The notes: generated by a model from the sequence alone, not told the origin. A stretch of DNA of 64,000 nucleotides from Candidatus Sabulitectum sp. (GCA_023139045.1 JAGLOJ010000012.1:9725-73724); one strand, 5' to 3'. Numbered from the stretch's first letter, positions 47,027 to 57,206 are shown. Made by a program: numbers and translations.

Positions 47027-47803
47027 CTAATCTTCAAGAATCCATTCGGTAACTCTCTGCATGAAGGGCCAGTCTGAGCCTTTGTCATCAAGGTGGTCGA
47101 ATGTATCGACTCCGTCTCTGTCACTATCTTCCTCGAACATGAGCATTGGTCCCATGACAACAACTCTGCCATCACCGCAGGGTGAACCCGCCATAGCACA
47201 CTGCCCGGATTCAGCATATTTCAGGATCTTGTAGGAGCCTTTGTCCGGCAGGAAGTAAGGATTGCCGCAGAAGAGTATCCACATTGGATCAGGTTGCCCC
47301 TCACAGACTGGATGTTCGGTGACCAGATCGAATTCTTCCATTGTCCAGTATCCGGGAGTACCGGCATTTGCCGGACCTTTGGCATCTCCGTCAAATATGC
47401 CGAGATAGTCAAGCTGCACGGGCTCACCGTGCCAGATTGCGTTTTCACATGCAAGCATAGCACCACCGCATACACCAATGTAACCGCCGCCGTTCTCAAT
47501 GTACTCACGGATCTTCTGAAGCCCGTTCGTTCCCAGTTCCATGGCGTACGTTTCCGGGCTTCCACCTGGAAAAACGATGATATCGTATTTTTCAAGAGTC
47601 GAGCCCAGAACCATGTTCCCATTGGTCTCAGTGACCTGATAACCCATCCACTCAAACATATTGATCATTGCTGTAACTTCCATGTTGGATGCTCCAGGAC
47701 CGCCATACACCGCAATCTTCACAGCATTGGATGTGGGACCGGTAACATCGCCGCAGCCGGTAAAAAAAAGAACGCAGAGCCCAGACATGATCAGAAACTT
47801 CAT
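47027..47803 (-). CDS. lipoprotein with class-I glutamine-amidotransferase-like / BPL_N domain
   Basis: GGAGG RBS 5 nt before ATG 47803. Lipobox FFTGCGD. KIAVYGGPGASN...IIVFPGG...GGYIGVCGGAMLA is a GATase1-like fold signature. Confidence 0.65.
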   Translation of the reverse strand: MKFLIMSGLCVLFFTGCGDVTGPTSNAVKIAVYGGPGASNMEVTAMINMFEWMGYQVTETNGNMVLGSTLEKYDIIVFPGGSPETYAMELGTNGLQKIREYIENGGGYIGVCGGAMLACENAIWHGEPVQLDYLGIFDGDAKGPANAGTPGYWTMEEFDLVTEHPVCEGQPDPMWILFCGNPYFLPDKGSYKILKYAESGQCAMAGSPCGDGRVVVMGPMLMFEEDSDRDGVDTFDHLDDKGSDWPFMQRVTEWILED

Positions 47804-48396
47804 TTCAACCTCCATGATGTTATGGTAATAGTAACAACAAAACAAGTAGTATTAATATTACCATAACAGTATTGAGTCAAGTGTCATTGAAGAGGCTGTA
47901 TTGCATATAGATGCTATTTCATATAGCACGGCAATTACAATCTTACAGAGAAATTTGACTCACCACAAATGGAGCTGTGCCAGCCCGTTGTATCTGACAT
48001 GATCTGCTGGCAACAGACAAGAGTTACTTGAAAAAGCAGCTACTTTACGTATCGGAGCAGGTACACTTTACATCATTGGCAGCGTAAACCGAACGCAATC
48101 CAACTGAAACGCGTTGAAAAGCGAATTCGTGAAAAGAGTGCTTGCGATCAAAAACTGAAGTGGATAGAATTGATTCCTGAGTGTGGAAATTAGCAAAAGG
48201 TAAAACTCGACACTCTCATGATACCAGGTAAAACATCTACAAATACAGCGTCCATCATGATGTTGACTTCAACCATGTCTCAGGGCTACAATTCAGAATG
48301 TAAAAAGTTGGTGTGCAGAATTGCCTGCTTAAACCGGTAAAGAAAGATGCTTTGCATAAAGCAATAATCGAAGCATTGTCAGACAGGAGACCAGAT

Positions 48397-48822
48397 ATGC
48401 CCCCGGAGGAAAAAGCCTCTCCCGAACTGGGGGAGAGAACAGAGACCCGATTGACCAGAATTCTCGCAGCGGATGATTCAAGCGACAACCGTTTTCTTCT
48501 CACCGCTTTTCTCAAGGGCTTTTCCTGCGAGCTTGTATTGGTTGAAAACGGACAGGAAGCACTGGATGCCTTCAAGGAGGGTGAATTCGACATCATTCTT
48601 ATGGACATGCAGATGCCGGTCATGGACGGATTCGCAGCTACCCGTCTTATCAGGGAATGGGAGGTCGAAAACAACCTTCCCGCAACCCCGGTTCTTGCCC
48701 TCACCGCCTACGCTCTTCCAGAGGAGATCAAGCAGTGCACTGATGCCGGATGCGATAGCCACATATCAAAACCGGTGCGAAAGAAAAACCTGATACAGGT
48801 CATAGAATATTTTACGAAATAG
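48397..48822 (+). CDS. response-regulator receiver (REC) domain protein, stand-alone
   Basis: ILAADDSSDNRFLL...DIILMDMQMPVMDG...LALTAYALPEE...KPVRKKNL covers all REC motifs. AGGAG RBS before ATG 48397; the frame is open upstream to 48304. Confidence 0.7.
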   Translation: MPPEEKASPELGERTETRLTRILAADDSSDNRFLLTAFLKGFSCELVLVENGQEALDAFKEGEFDIILMDMQMPVMDGFAATRLIREWEVENNLPATPVLALTAYALPEEIKQCTDAGCDSHISKPVRKKNLIQVIEYFTK

Positions 48823-48865
48823 GGAAGGGGAGGCGGCTGCCTCCCCTTGTTTTCCTCGCTTCCAG

Positions 48866-50167
48866 TTATCTGATAAGCAGCAGTTTTCCTGTTGCATTCT
48901 CTCCGCCGGAGCGAACACAGTAGAAGTATACTCCTGATGCAAGATCAGAACCGTTGAATACAGCGTCGTGCATTCCTGTATTCAAATCGCAATCGATAAG
49001 CGTTTCAATTATCCTGCCCATTCCGTCATATATGTCAAGTGACACATAGCCGGGTATGTGCAGGTCGAAGGTGATTGTGGTTAGATCGCTAAATCGACTG
49101 GGAGATGCCTGATGGAAGCCAATTGATGTAATGGACTCTGCAAAGTTAGTTGTGGACTGCTCTTCGTACCCCCAGGGCCAGGTATGGTGCATGGCCTCAC
49201 AGAGGAATTCAATTGCAATGGGGAATCTCTGCCAGAGCTTGTCGAAGTGACCGCCGGCAAACACCTGATACTCAAACTCCAGGCCCATTACTTTAAGTGA
49301 TTCCGCGAACGCATCACACGCAGGCATTCCATGGAACTCATCCCGGGTGCCGATGTCGAAGTAGATGTTGGTACCACTGCTGTTCGGCACCAGATCGGCC
49401 ATCAGATGGGGAGGATTGTGTTCCATCCAGCGATCCCAGACCTCGGGAATAATATTGGCCCACCCGTCGAGTGGCAGATCAACGTAGAACGGTGGTTTTT
49501 CCATATTGTCAGAGAATGCTCCCGACATACTGAACAGCACTAAATTGGCGAAACCTGCGCTGGGGTTGTACTGGTAGGGCATGCCTGGTAGTTCAGCAAG
49601 TACTCCGGCCAGGTTGTACTCGATCATTGTCGGCAGATCAAGTCCGCTTCCGCAAACACTTGCAGCAGCCATGTATGTGTCGCTGAACTGTCCATAGTAA
49701 ACCAGTGCACCGTATCCGCCCATGGAGTGCCCCATTACTACCCGTTTTCTCCTGCTGGGGATTGTTCTGAAGTTGTCATCCACCCACTCCACAAGATCAT
49801 CAGCCAGATAGCCCTCAAGATCGCCGTAGAGGTCAGAACTGGTGTAGAAAGATGCAGGATAGGGGGATGAGAAACCGTCAGGTTTTACCATTATCACCGG
49901 GCGTATGACCCGGTTCTCGATGAGGTAATCCAGGATTCCCGGAAGAATTCCGTAACCGCTGAAACCGTCAAGAGCACCGTGGAAAAAGTAGATCACCGGA
50001 TATCTTCTACAACTTGGTGAATCGTATGCCCCCGGAAGGTAGATCTGTACGCTCTTTTCCTGGCCAAGTGCCTCGCTGTAGAAAGTGGTTTCAAAAACCT
50101 TTCCATAAGCCAGAGCTTGTGAAGTCAACACCAGAAAGAGCGCTGCAAGTGTAAGCAACTTGTACAT
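48866..50167 (-). CDS. secreted esterase (putative-esterase/esterase-D family) with C-terminal T9SS sorting domain
   Basis: Signal peptide. GHSMGGYGAL nucleophile elbow. C-terminal 80 aa (SLDIYDGMGRIIETL...SGVYFYCVRSGG...KLLLIR) is a T9SS type-A CTD. Confidence 0.8.
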   Translation of the reverse strand: MYKLLTLAALFLVLTSQALAYGKVFETTFYSEALGQEKSVQIYLPGAYDSPSCRRYPVIYFFHGALDGFSGYGILPGILDYLIENRVIRPVIMVKPDGFSSPYPASFYTSSDLYGDLEGYLADDLVEWVDDNFRTIPSRRKRVVMGHSMGGYGALVYYGQFSDTYMAAASVCGSGLDLPTMIEYNLAGVLAELPGMPYQYNPSAGFANLVLFSMSGAFSDNMEKPPFYVDLPLDGWANIIPEVWDRWMEHNPPHLMADLVPNSSGTNIYFDIGTRDEFHGMPACDAFAESLKVMGLEFEYQVFAGGHFDKLWQRFPIAIEFLCEAMHHTWPWGYEEQSTTNFAESITSIGFHQASPSRFSDLTTITFDLHIPGYVSLDIYDGMGRIIETLIDCDLNTGMHDAVFNGSDLASGVYFYCVRSGGENATGKLLLIR

Positions 50168-50649
50168 CGAAGTACACCCCTTTCTCAAACTGAAGCTGAT
50201 GAATACCGGCCCCTCCGATAATTTACTGGCAGCATCCGGTGGGGAACAACCGAAGAGACCGGAAAGCAGGAAGAGAGAATCCGGTATCCCGATACAGGGA
50301 GACCGGTGCTGTCAGCAACAGCCTCAAGTACTTTATAAATCAGTAACACGCTGATGTCAAGGTACATACGGCAGCATGGGAAACAATAGTTTACATCATC
50401 GACTTGCAATATTACAAAAAAAATATCGAAAAGAACGCATGTGATGAATCTTAGAGAACCATGTTCTCGGTAAACATTCAGAATATGTATACATATGTGC
50501 ACTTGTTCAGAATTATCAGTAAGCTGTTGAAAATATTGCGAAAAATTAAATGAATACCGAACAGGTAGGAATGATCATGCTAGTTTGTTTGACTATAAAC
50601 AGGAGAGGGAAGATACTGGTTTAGAAAAGATAAACAGGAGCAGACCAGC

Positions 50650-50678
50650 TTGACAAGTTTCTAAGAATCAGGTAATGT
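50650..50678 (+). promoter_or_regulatory. sigma70-like promoter for the DUF1232 gene (TTGACA - 17 nt - TAATGT)
   Basis: Consensus -35 box with 17-nt spacing to a 4/6 -10 match, about 55 nt upstream of ATG 50736 in an AT-rich 550-bp intergenic region. Confidence 0.3.
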
Positions 50679-50735
50679 GCAAGCGGTGTACACAAATGAT
50701 CGGCAGTATCCGCATCTGTCGGGAAGGAACTCTGA

Positions 50736-51152
50736 ATGAGAAAATCAATATCAGATGATGAGGCAAGACGTCTATTGGAGGATGGCGCAAAAACAGTTAC
50801 AGAGGAAGACATTCAGAAAGTAATTCGCAGGGCAGATGATATTCAGAAGAAATTTACAAGTCACAGCCCCCTGGGCAGATTCATAGCCGATATGAAAATA
50901 ATGATCTCCCTCATAAAGGACTTCTGGAACAAGAACTACAGAGAAGTGCCCTGGTGGACCATTGGTGCTGTGGTAACCGCATTGCTGTATGTACTCAATC
51001 CTGTGGACATTATTCCCGATTTTATTCCGTTCTTCGGTCTCCTGGATGACGCCGCAGTTGTTTCCGCCTGTCTATTCCTGGTAGAGAAGGATCTCAACAG
51101 GTACAAAAGCTGGAAAGACGGAATCGCCGCAGAAGATGAAAGTACTCAGTAG
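50736..51152 (+). CDS. YkvA/DUF1232 family membrane protein
   Basis: WWTIGAVVTALLYVLNPVDIIPDFIPFFGLLDDAAVV is the DUF1232 core. Confidence 0.75.
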   Translation: MRKSISDDEARRLLEDGAKTVTEEDIQKVIRRADDIQKKFTSHSPLGRFIADMKIMISLIKDFWNKNYREVPWWTIGAVVTALLYVLNPVDIIPDFIPFFGLLDDAAVVSACLFLVEKDLNRYKSWKDGIAAEDESTQ

Positions 51153-51280
51153 AAATGCTCTATCTCATTCAGCCCGGACAGCACACAGATAACTTGTCAA
51201 AACCGTGCGTGCTCCACTTGAAAAGCAGGGGAAGCACAATAAGATAACCGTCAATTTTTTGCCGGTGGAAAACTCTGAGG

Positions 51281-52546
51281 TCAGACCGAGGGATCCATGA
51301 TTCTACCCATGAAAACTATTGAACCGGTTGTTCTGTCAAGTATTAAGAAAAGAAACGGCCTGTTGATATTCATTTCAACCGGTCGTTCCGGCATCGCGGT
51401 CAGGCTCATAACCATCGCCGTTGCTGCTGCGGCTTCCGTGCCTTTTTCATCTACTTTTACATAAGCCTTATGTAGAACATCAGAGATGAAAAGATCCAGG
51501 TTCCCGGTAAAGCCTCTGAAATCTGCGCCACTTCCGAAAGCGGATTCCATTCCAAGAGAAGAAAGAATGTCACTCAGCCCTATGCTTCTTGTGAATTCGA
51601 ATCTCGGCATGGATAGATGTACATTCGCTGAAGATAGACTTGTTCTGATGGTCTCCAGCATGTCTGCATCGAAACTCTGCTGGAATTCCTGAATATCTCC
51701 ACCGGGAAGAAGAATGAGCATGCTCGCATTGCCTCCGGCATAATAAAGTTCAACTGCGCTGCATCCATCGGTGGAAGCGTAGTTGAAATGCTCAGTCTGT
51801 GTCATCATCGGTACACTTATCACAGATCCATCTGTCAGCGAGAAATTCTCACGAGAGGTTGCATGTTCATCAAAGGGATGTCTCCAGGAGGCTTTGAAGT
51901 ATACCGCATTTGTCAGTACAACTCTGGTGTCTGCACTCAGCACTCCCCGGGGAATCAGGTTGAGTATCTTGTCCATTGTACTCTCGGAAACCCAGTCGTT
52001 TATGATTTCCCGCGAGCCTTCGGTATCATTACTGAAATCAAGATTTCTGACCGATGCGCTGTAGTACCTGGTTACTTCAGCCACATATTCATCCAGCAGG
52101 CTGAAACCATCCTGTACCCAGAGCCCGTTTGATATAGAAAGAGTAAAGGGTTCTCCCGATTCAACCATGGGCAAACGACCAGAGCTGATTGTTTCGGTTA
52201 TCGAATGGAATGCTCTGTTGATTCCACTAACAGATAATGTAAAGTGAAGTGTTTCAGCCATATCCAGTGCAGTTTCGCCCCGTGCCCCCGAGTAAGTCAT
52301 GCCAAGTGCTGTAGAGATGCTGTAAGGGGAAAAGAAGATGTTATCCGATTCCTGCATATCACATACTTCTTCATACAGAGCCAGAGCGAATTCATTATTT
52401 CCCCTGACCAGTGTCGAAACAGCCTGCTCATCACTGACGATGACCGGCACAACCAGGGATTCTCCCGCTGAGCATCCCGAAGTGATTGTAAGAACCAAAA
52501 CATTCGTAAAAAACAGATTCATCAGTAGTTTCATAAGATTCTCCAT
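51281..52546 (-). CDS. serpin-family serine protease inhibitor, lipoprotein
   Basis: N-terminal lipobox LTITSGCS. NIFFSPYSISTALGMTY; hinge/RCL GTEAAAATAMVMSL; NRPFLFLI C-terminal signature. Confidence 0.9.
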   Translation of the reverse strand: MENLMKLLMNLFFTNVLVLTITSGCSAGESLVVPVIVSDEQAVSTLVRGNNEFALALYEEVCDMQESDNIFFSPYSISTALGMTYSGARGETALDMAETLHFTLSVSGINRAFHSITETISSGRLPMVESGEPFTLSISNGLWVQDGFSLLDEYVAEVTRYYSASVRNLDFSNDTEGSREIINDWVSESTMDKILNLIPRGVLSADTRVVLTNAVYFKASWRHPFDEHATSRENFSLTDGSVISVPMMTQTEHFNYASTDGCSAVELYYAGGNASMLILLPGGDIQEFQQSFDADMLETIRTSLSSANVHLSMPRFEFTRSIGLSDILSSLGMESAFGSGADFRGFTGNLDLFISDVLHKAYVKVDEKGTEAAAATAMVMSLTAMPERPVEMNINRPFLFLILDRTTGSIVFMGRIMDPSV

Positions 52547-52760
52547 TCAGTTTTATAAAATACACCAGATACAGCAAGATATTCCATTGGGTTGTTCGTG
52601 TCATGCCCTGAGGGGTATTGTGCAATCTGAATTGAGGGAAGTGACGGAATCGGTGAATCAGATCCGGATCCGATAATGTTGGACGTTGCAAGTGTATACA
52701 CTGTACTGCAGCAATAAGAAAGGCCGGCCATGCGGCCGACCTGTCTTTTGGGATATTCCA

Positions 52761-53501
52761 TTACTCTACTATGTAGCTTCCGCTCCATGCTCCGTAGTCA
52801 CGGCTTGTTACATCGTTCTGTATTGAGCCGGTGTACGCTTCTTCACCGGGAAGGATGGTAACTGTTACTACCCCGGTTTCTCCATCTTCAAGAACTCCAG
52901 CATGAACGGCTGCAGTCGCAAGGTATGAGTCATCTGTGTAGATGCCGGTGCCCCAGATGCTTGCCTCTACGTCTCCAGTTACCTCAAATGTGAAGAATTC
53001 GCCATTCCGGTCACGGTAGGCTGTGAGGGTACCCGGGTCAGGTATTGCAGCAAGCTCATAATCAACGAATGCAAATTCCACGACATAGCTGCCGCTCCAT
53101 GCACCATAGTCAAAGGTTGTTATGTCGTTCCAGGTTGAACCTTCATAGCTTTCCTCGCCTGGAAGCAGTGTAACCATTACAACATCGGTCTCACCGTGAG
53201 CAAGTACACCGGCATGCACTGCAGCAGTTGCAAGGTGTGAGTCATCGGTGTATATGTCGGTTCCCCACACGGATCCTACTTCGTCTCCAGTGACAAGGAA
53301 ATAGAGAACCTCGCCGGTTTGATCACGGAAGGCTGTGAGATTACCCGGGTCTTCAAGCGGGGTAACTATAATTGTTTCTTCAATGACTTCTTCAACGTGC
53401 TCTTCCGTGGTTTCAACAGGTTCTTCAGTCGCCGGCGCCTCTCCGCAGGCCATAAGAACCATCAAAGCGACTGCCGGAATGATTACAAGATTTTTTACCA
53501 T
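52761..53501 (-). CDS. lipoprotein with two tandem LCCL domains
   Basis: GAGG RBS before ATG 53501. Lipobox LMACGE. Two ~90-aa repeats, each with WGT(D/G)IYTDDS-LATAAVHAGVL...YGAWSGSY(V/I)VE (LCCL signature). The repeat is also visible at nucleotide level. Confidence 0.75.
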   Translation of the reverse strand: MVKNLVIIPAVALMVLMACGEAPATEEPVETTEEHVEEVIEETIIVTPLEDPGNLTAFRDQTGEVLYFLVTGDEVGSVWGTDIYTDDSHLATAAVHAGVLAHGETDVVMVTLLPGEESYEGSTWNDITTFDYGAWSGSYVVEFAFVDYELAAIPDPGTLTAYRDRNGEFFTFEVTGDVEASIWGTGIYTDDSYLATAAVHAGVLEDGETGVVTVTILPGEEAYTGSIQNDVTSRDYGAWSGSYIVE

Positions 53502-53798
53502 TTCATTCTTCCTCACTTGTTATGAAAAAGGATGATACCTTTCCCACCTCTCCAAATAAATGATCAGCACAGGCGAGAAGCAAAAGCGATGTTAATCAGA
53601 GTAGCTGCCTGAGCTTGTGATGATAATACAGCGTTCTTGTAACACGGTCAACGGCAATGAATAGTAATTGGATACCAGTTCAATACCGGCGTGCGTTCTG
53701 ACCGGTACCATTCACGTGTCGGGATACAGTGGAAACCGAATCACACCGCAACTGAGAACCTCTGGAAAAGATGCGGAATCAAATTCACCTTCCAGAAG

Positions 53799-54191
53799 CT
53801 ATTCTGTGATATCTACACTGGCAATGGCGGAGTTGATCACAAAGGCTCTTATCGTGTTGGAGTCCGGGTCTATCGGGAAGATGAAGAAGCCTATAGAATT
53901 TCTGTGATTCAAGTCGGAAGTACCGTAGAACTTCTCTCCGTCTTTGAAGGTTACTACAATGTGCTTCCCGGAGAAAGGCACCTGATCAAAGTCGTGGGTA
54001 TCGAGGTGCAGAAAATCTCCCTGGAAATTCATCACAACAAAAACGGCCTTCAAGTTCTCCAGCCAGAACTTTACGGAATCGGATGGATTTTCAAGTGTCG
54101 CAAGATGAAAGTAGGGAAGTGAGGGAGTGAAATCAGAGGAATGACCCTTTGATACCTTACCGTCATTGCCGTGCACCACAATTTTGTTCAT
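53799..54191 (-). CDS. conserved hypothetical 130-aa protein, paralog A (His-rich conserved positions)
   Basis: About 55% identical over full length to 56814-57206 (MNK(I/V)VVH..., GDFLH(L/V)D(T/S)HDF, GKHI, GFFIFPIDP, RAFVINS, SVDI(T/V)E). Confidence 0.6.
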   Translation of the reverse strand: MNKIVVHGNDGKVSKGHSSDFTPSLPYFHLATLENPSDSVKFWLENLKAVFVVMNFQGDFLHLDTHDFDQVPFSGKHIVVTFKDGEKFYGTSDLNHRNSIGFFIFPIDPDSNTIRAFVINSAIASVDITE

Positions 54192-54426
54192 GCGACACCT
54201 CCTAAGTAATTATCACCTATTGAAATACTAATTCTACAGGGGGAGAATGTCAATAGGACTATAAAGAAAACCGGGTGCAGAACAGTGGCTGTTCATCTTC
54301 TCGGAGAATCCTCATAAATCGCATCAGGTATGCGGTTTTCCCCTCAAACAGAACTGCCTCTGAGTTTTGTCTGCAGGCAGTATGGCTGATTGTCATTATC
54401 AGACCGAATACTCTTCAGTGACAGTG

Positions 54427-55329
54427 TTACAGGGAACCCAATATCATAAACAGGCCGAATAGAGCCATTGCAAGTCCTGATAGCAGTTGAAGAGCAAATT
54501 CAATATGTCTCCCTCTGGTTGGATCTTCAAACAGAGCCGTCATACGGTTTCTCATGAGGATGGTGAGCAGACCTACGGCTGCCAGAAGCACTCCCATTCC
54601 GAGAGACATCATGAGAACCGAAAGAATTCCAACTATTGCGGCTTTGCCGGCAACGGCCAGTATCATTATTGCAGATGCTGCCGGGCAGGGGACAAGCCCG
54701 GAGAGAATCAAACCTCCCAGTCCTCTGTTGTTTTTCCCGGAGAGCTGTTTCAAGTGGTGGTCTTTGATTCCATGTGCTGTCATCCAGATGCCAAGAATAA
54801 GTATGATGCCGTATGTGAGTGGGAAGAGCAGATTTTGAGCCTTGTCAATCGAAACCAGAAGAGAACGGGTTGTGAACAGATAGAATCCGCCAACAAGAAC
54901 AATGGCACTTGCTGCATGCACCAGAGCCAGAAGGAAGCCAGTTATTATCCCCTTCAGAGGTTTTGTACCCTCGCCAATGAAGTATGCCACAAGTATTGCT
55001 TTTCTGTGCCCCGGACCAATGGCGTGCAGAACGCCGAAAACAAAAGATATTCCCAGAAGCAGCCAGAGACTTTTTATGTTGCCTGTCTCATTTACATCTG
55101 CCATTGTGTCGGCAATTGATCTCTGAAGCTTTCTCTGTGCAGCGGCACTTTTAGTGACAAGGGTTCCGATAACCGGCCATGTGGACGGGCCACTCGGTTG
55201 ACTGACTGTGCCTTCCCACTGATCTTCTCCGGCAGAACTTCCAGATAAAAAGGGGTTAGTCCGGGAGAAGGAGGGGGTGCAGAACAGCAGAAAGAACAGG
55301 AACAGAGCCGCTTTGAAAATTCGTGTCAT
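54427..55329 (-). CDS. NicO-family nickel/cobalt transporter
   Basis: Signal peptide plus 6-8 TM helices; the HAIGPGHRKA motif matches the NicO HxxGPGHxK signature. Confidence 0.75.
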   Translation of the reverse strand: MTRIFKAALFLFFLLFCTPSFSRTNPFLSGSSAGEDQWEGTVSQPSGPSTWPVIGTLVTKSAAAQRKLQRSIADTMADVNETGNIKSLWLLLGISFVFGVLHAIGPGHRKAILVAYFIGEGTKPLKGIITGFLLALVHAASAIVLVGGFYLFTTRSLLVSIDKAQNLLFPLTYGIILILGIWMTAHGIKDHHLKQLSGKNNRGLGGLILSGLVPCPAASAIMILAVAGKAAIVGILSVLMMSLGMGVLLAAVGLLTILMRNRMTALFEDPTRGRHIEFALQLLSGLAMALFGLFMILGSL

Positions 55330-55330
55330 A

Positions 55331-55948
55331 TCAGTCTGAATTCAGATAGACAACAAGTTGCTGAGGATATGCTGTACCGGAGTAGGTGGTGCCTTCTCTG
55401 GAAACTGAGACATTGCCACCGTAGGATATGCTTATGTCACCGTTCTGCTCTATTTCAAACTGTGCCGTTTCACTTCCTGTACCGCTGAGGGTTATGGGAG
55501 CACCTTCTCTGTAGAGAATATCACAGTAGTAGGCGCTGTCGTAGATGGCAACCCTGAATACGCCGTTGGTTATGTGAATGTTGAAAGGGCAGAAAAATCG
55601 ATAAACCAATGTTCCATTCTCTGTAAAAACAGAGAATTCTTCGATTCGTGTGGGAGAGTAAGTCTGCCCGTTGATATTCACAAATGTGAAATAGTTGGAA
55701 GTCTCCAGATTGGAAAACGCATTTGCGAAAACTTCAGAGGTTTCTCCTGCAGAGAATTGACCGTTTCCATTGCTGTCAAAATCGGTGCTTATTGCAGCAG
55801 TGAACATTGGGTCGAAATACCATGTTATCTCGATGCCGGCAAGGAGTTCACCCTGCAATCTTATTTCCATTTCTGTATCGATGAACATGTGGGGATGGGC
55901 AAATACGCATGCCCAGGGAACAATGAGCAGCAATATGGAACGTTTCAT
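55331..55948 (-). CDS. DUF1007-family periplasmic protein (partner of NicO transporters)
   Basis: Signal peptide, then the AHPHMFID motif characteristic of DUF1007. 1-nt spacing to the NicO gene. Confidence 0.75.
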   Translation of the reverse strand: MKRSILLLIVPWACVFAHPHMFIDTEMEIRLQGELLAGIEITWYFDPMFTAAISTDFDSNGNGQFSAGETSEVFANAFSNLETSNYFTFVNINGQTYSPTRIEEFSVFTENGTLVYRFFCPFNIHITNGVFRVAIYDSAYYCDILYREGAPITLSGTGSETAQFEIEQNGDISISYGGNVSVSREGTTYSGTAYPQQLVVYLNSD

Positions 55949-56154
55949 CAGTTTCCTCCCGTGGTAAATTCATAGACTGTCCGAACATACCAAAGAAGAC
56001 GACGAATGGGAAACGTATATGGAATGAGTTCAAAAGATGAATTGACTCTTTGGATGTTACCGGGTATCTCAGGCAGTTCAGCCATGGAGATTCGTACTTT
56101 GCAGCTGTATCTCTTCTGGTTTTTCTTCAGGAATTCCATCATAGTAAATGGTGA

Positions 56155-56811
56155 TTGGAGGTATCAGTGAGTAGAGAAAAATCTGTCTGGAAGAAACAGA
56201 GAGAAGCCATGGTGAAACTGCTTGAGATGCAGGGGATCAGGGATTCCGGGGTTCTTGCAGCCATGGGTGCGGTAGAGAGGCATCTGTTCATTCCCAGGTT
56301 CTACAGGTTTAAGCAGCTCGTCGATCCATACGGCGACTACCCACTTCCAATAGGTCATGGTCAAACAATATCACAACCCTTCGTGGTGGCATATATGCTC
56401 GAGAAGATGAAACTGAATGTTGGGGAGAGAGTTCTTGAGATCGGAACAGGATCTGGATATGCAGCAGCGGTTCTTGATGAAATGGGTGTTGAAGTTTTCA
56501 CAATTGAGATTGTGGCTGAACTGGCCAGGCATGCCGGGAAAGTGTTGAACAGCAGAGTTCATCGACAGCTGGGGGATGGCTATTCAGGCTGGAAGGAAAA
56601 TGCACCGTTTGATGCCATAATTATCAGTTGCGCTCCTGAGGAAATACCGGTGATATTGGTCGATCAGCTTACAAAAAACGGAAGAATGATCCTGCCGGTG
56701 GGGAAGTTTGCACAGAGACTGGTCATAATGAAAAAAAGCGATGGAAGAATCCAGCTGAAAGAGGATATTCCGGTACGATTCGTTCCAATGGTGCACGGAG
56801 ACAAAACCTGA
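56155..56811 (+). CDS. pcm: protein-L-isoaspartate O-methyltransferase
   Basis: GQTISQPFVVAYMLE, VLEIGTGSGYAAAVL SAM-binding motif, GRMILPVG. The start may be ATG 56209. Confidence 0.85.
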   Translation: MEVSVSREKSVWKKQREAMVKLLEMQGIRDSGVLAAMGAVERHLFIPRFYRFKQLVDPYGDYPLPIGHGQTISQPFVVAYMLEKMKLNVGERVLEIGTGSGYAAAVLDEMGVEVFTIEIVAELARHAGKVLNSRVHRQLGDGYSGWKENAPFDAIIISCAPEEIPVILVDQLTKNGRMILPVGKFAQRLVIMKKSDGRIQLKEDIPVRFVPMVHGDKT

Positions 56812-56813
56812 CA

Positions 56814-57206
56814 CTATTCTACGATATCAACACTTTCAATAAATGAGTTTATGACGAATGCCCGTTCGGTGTTCGCTTCCGGATCGATGGGGAATATGAA
56901 GAACCCCATTTTCTCCCTGTGGATAGCTTCAGAAATCCCAAAGAGGATTTCACCATCGTAGAAAGAGATGGCAATGTGTTTTCCTGAGACTCTCGCTTTA
57001 CTGAAGTCATGAGAATCAACATGCAGAAAATCCCCCTTAAAATCCTTCACAAAAAAGATCGCCTTCAGGTTTTCAAGACTGATCTCTTCATTGCATAACG
57101 GATCACTCATGCCGGTCAGGTGAAATTTCTCTTTCCCGGGAGAAAAATCAATAGTGTGCCCTTTCGCGATTTCTCCGTTTTTTAAATGCACTACTACCTT
57201 ATTCAA
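56814..57206 (-). CDS. conserved hypothetical 130-aa protein, paralog B
   Basis: Paralog of 53799-54191; convergent with pcm (3 nt between stops). Confidence 0.6.
   Translation of the reverse strand: MNKVVVHLKNGEIAKGHTIDFSPGKEKFHLTGMSDPLCNEEISLENLKAIFFVKDFKGDFLHVDSHDFSKARVSGKHIAISFYDGEILFGISEAIHREKMGFFIFPIDPEANTERAFVINSFIESVDIVE

Noticed and set aside
50185-50502. 105-aa ORF upstream of the esterase
   Set aside because: It lies in the AT-rich promoter region, has no RBS or motifs, and partly overlaps the esterase start region.
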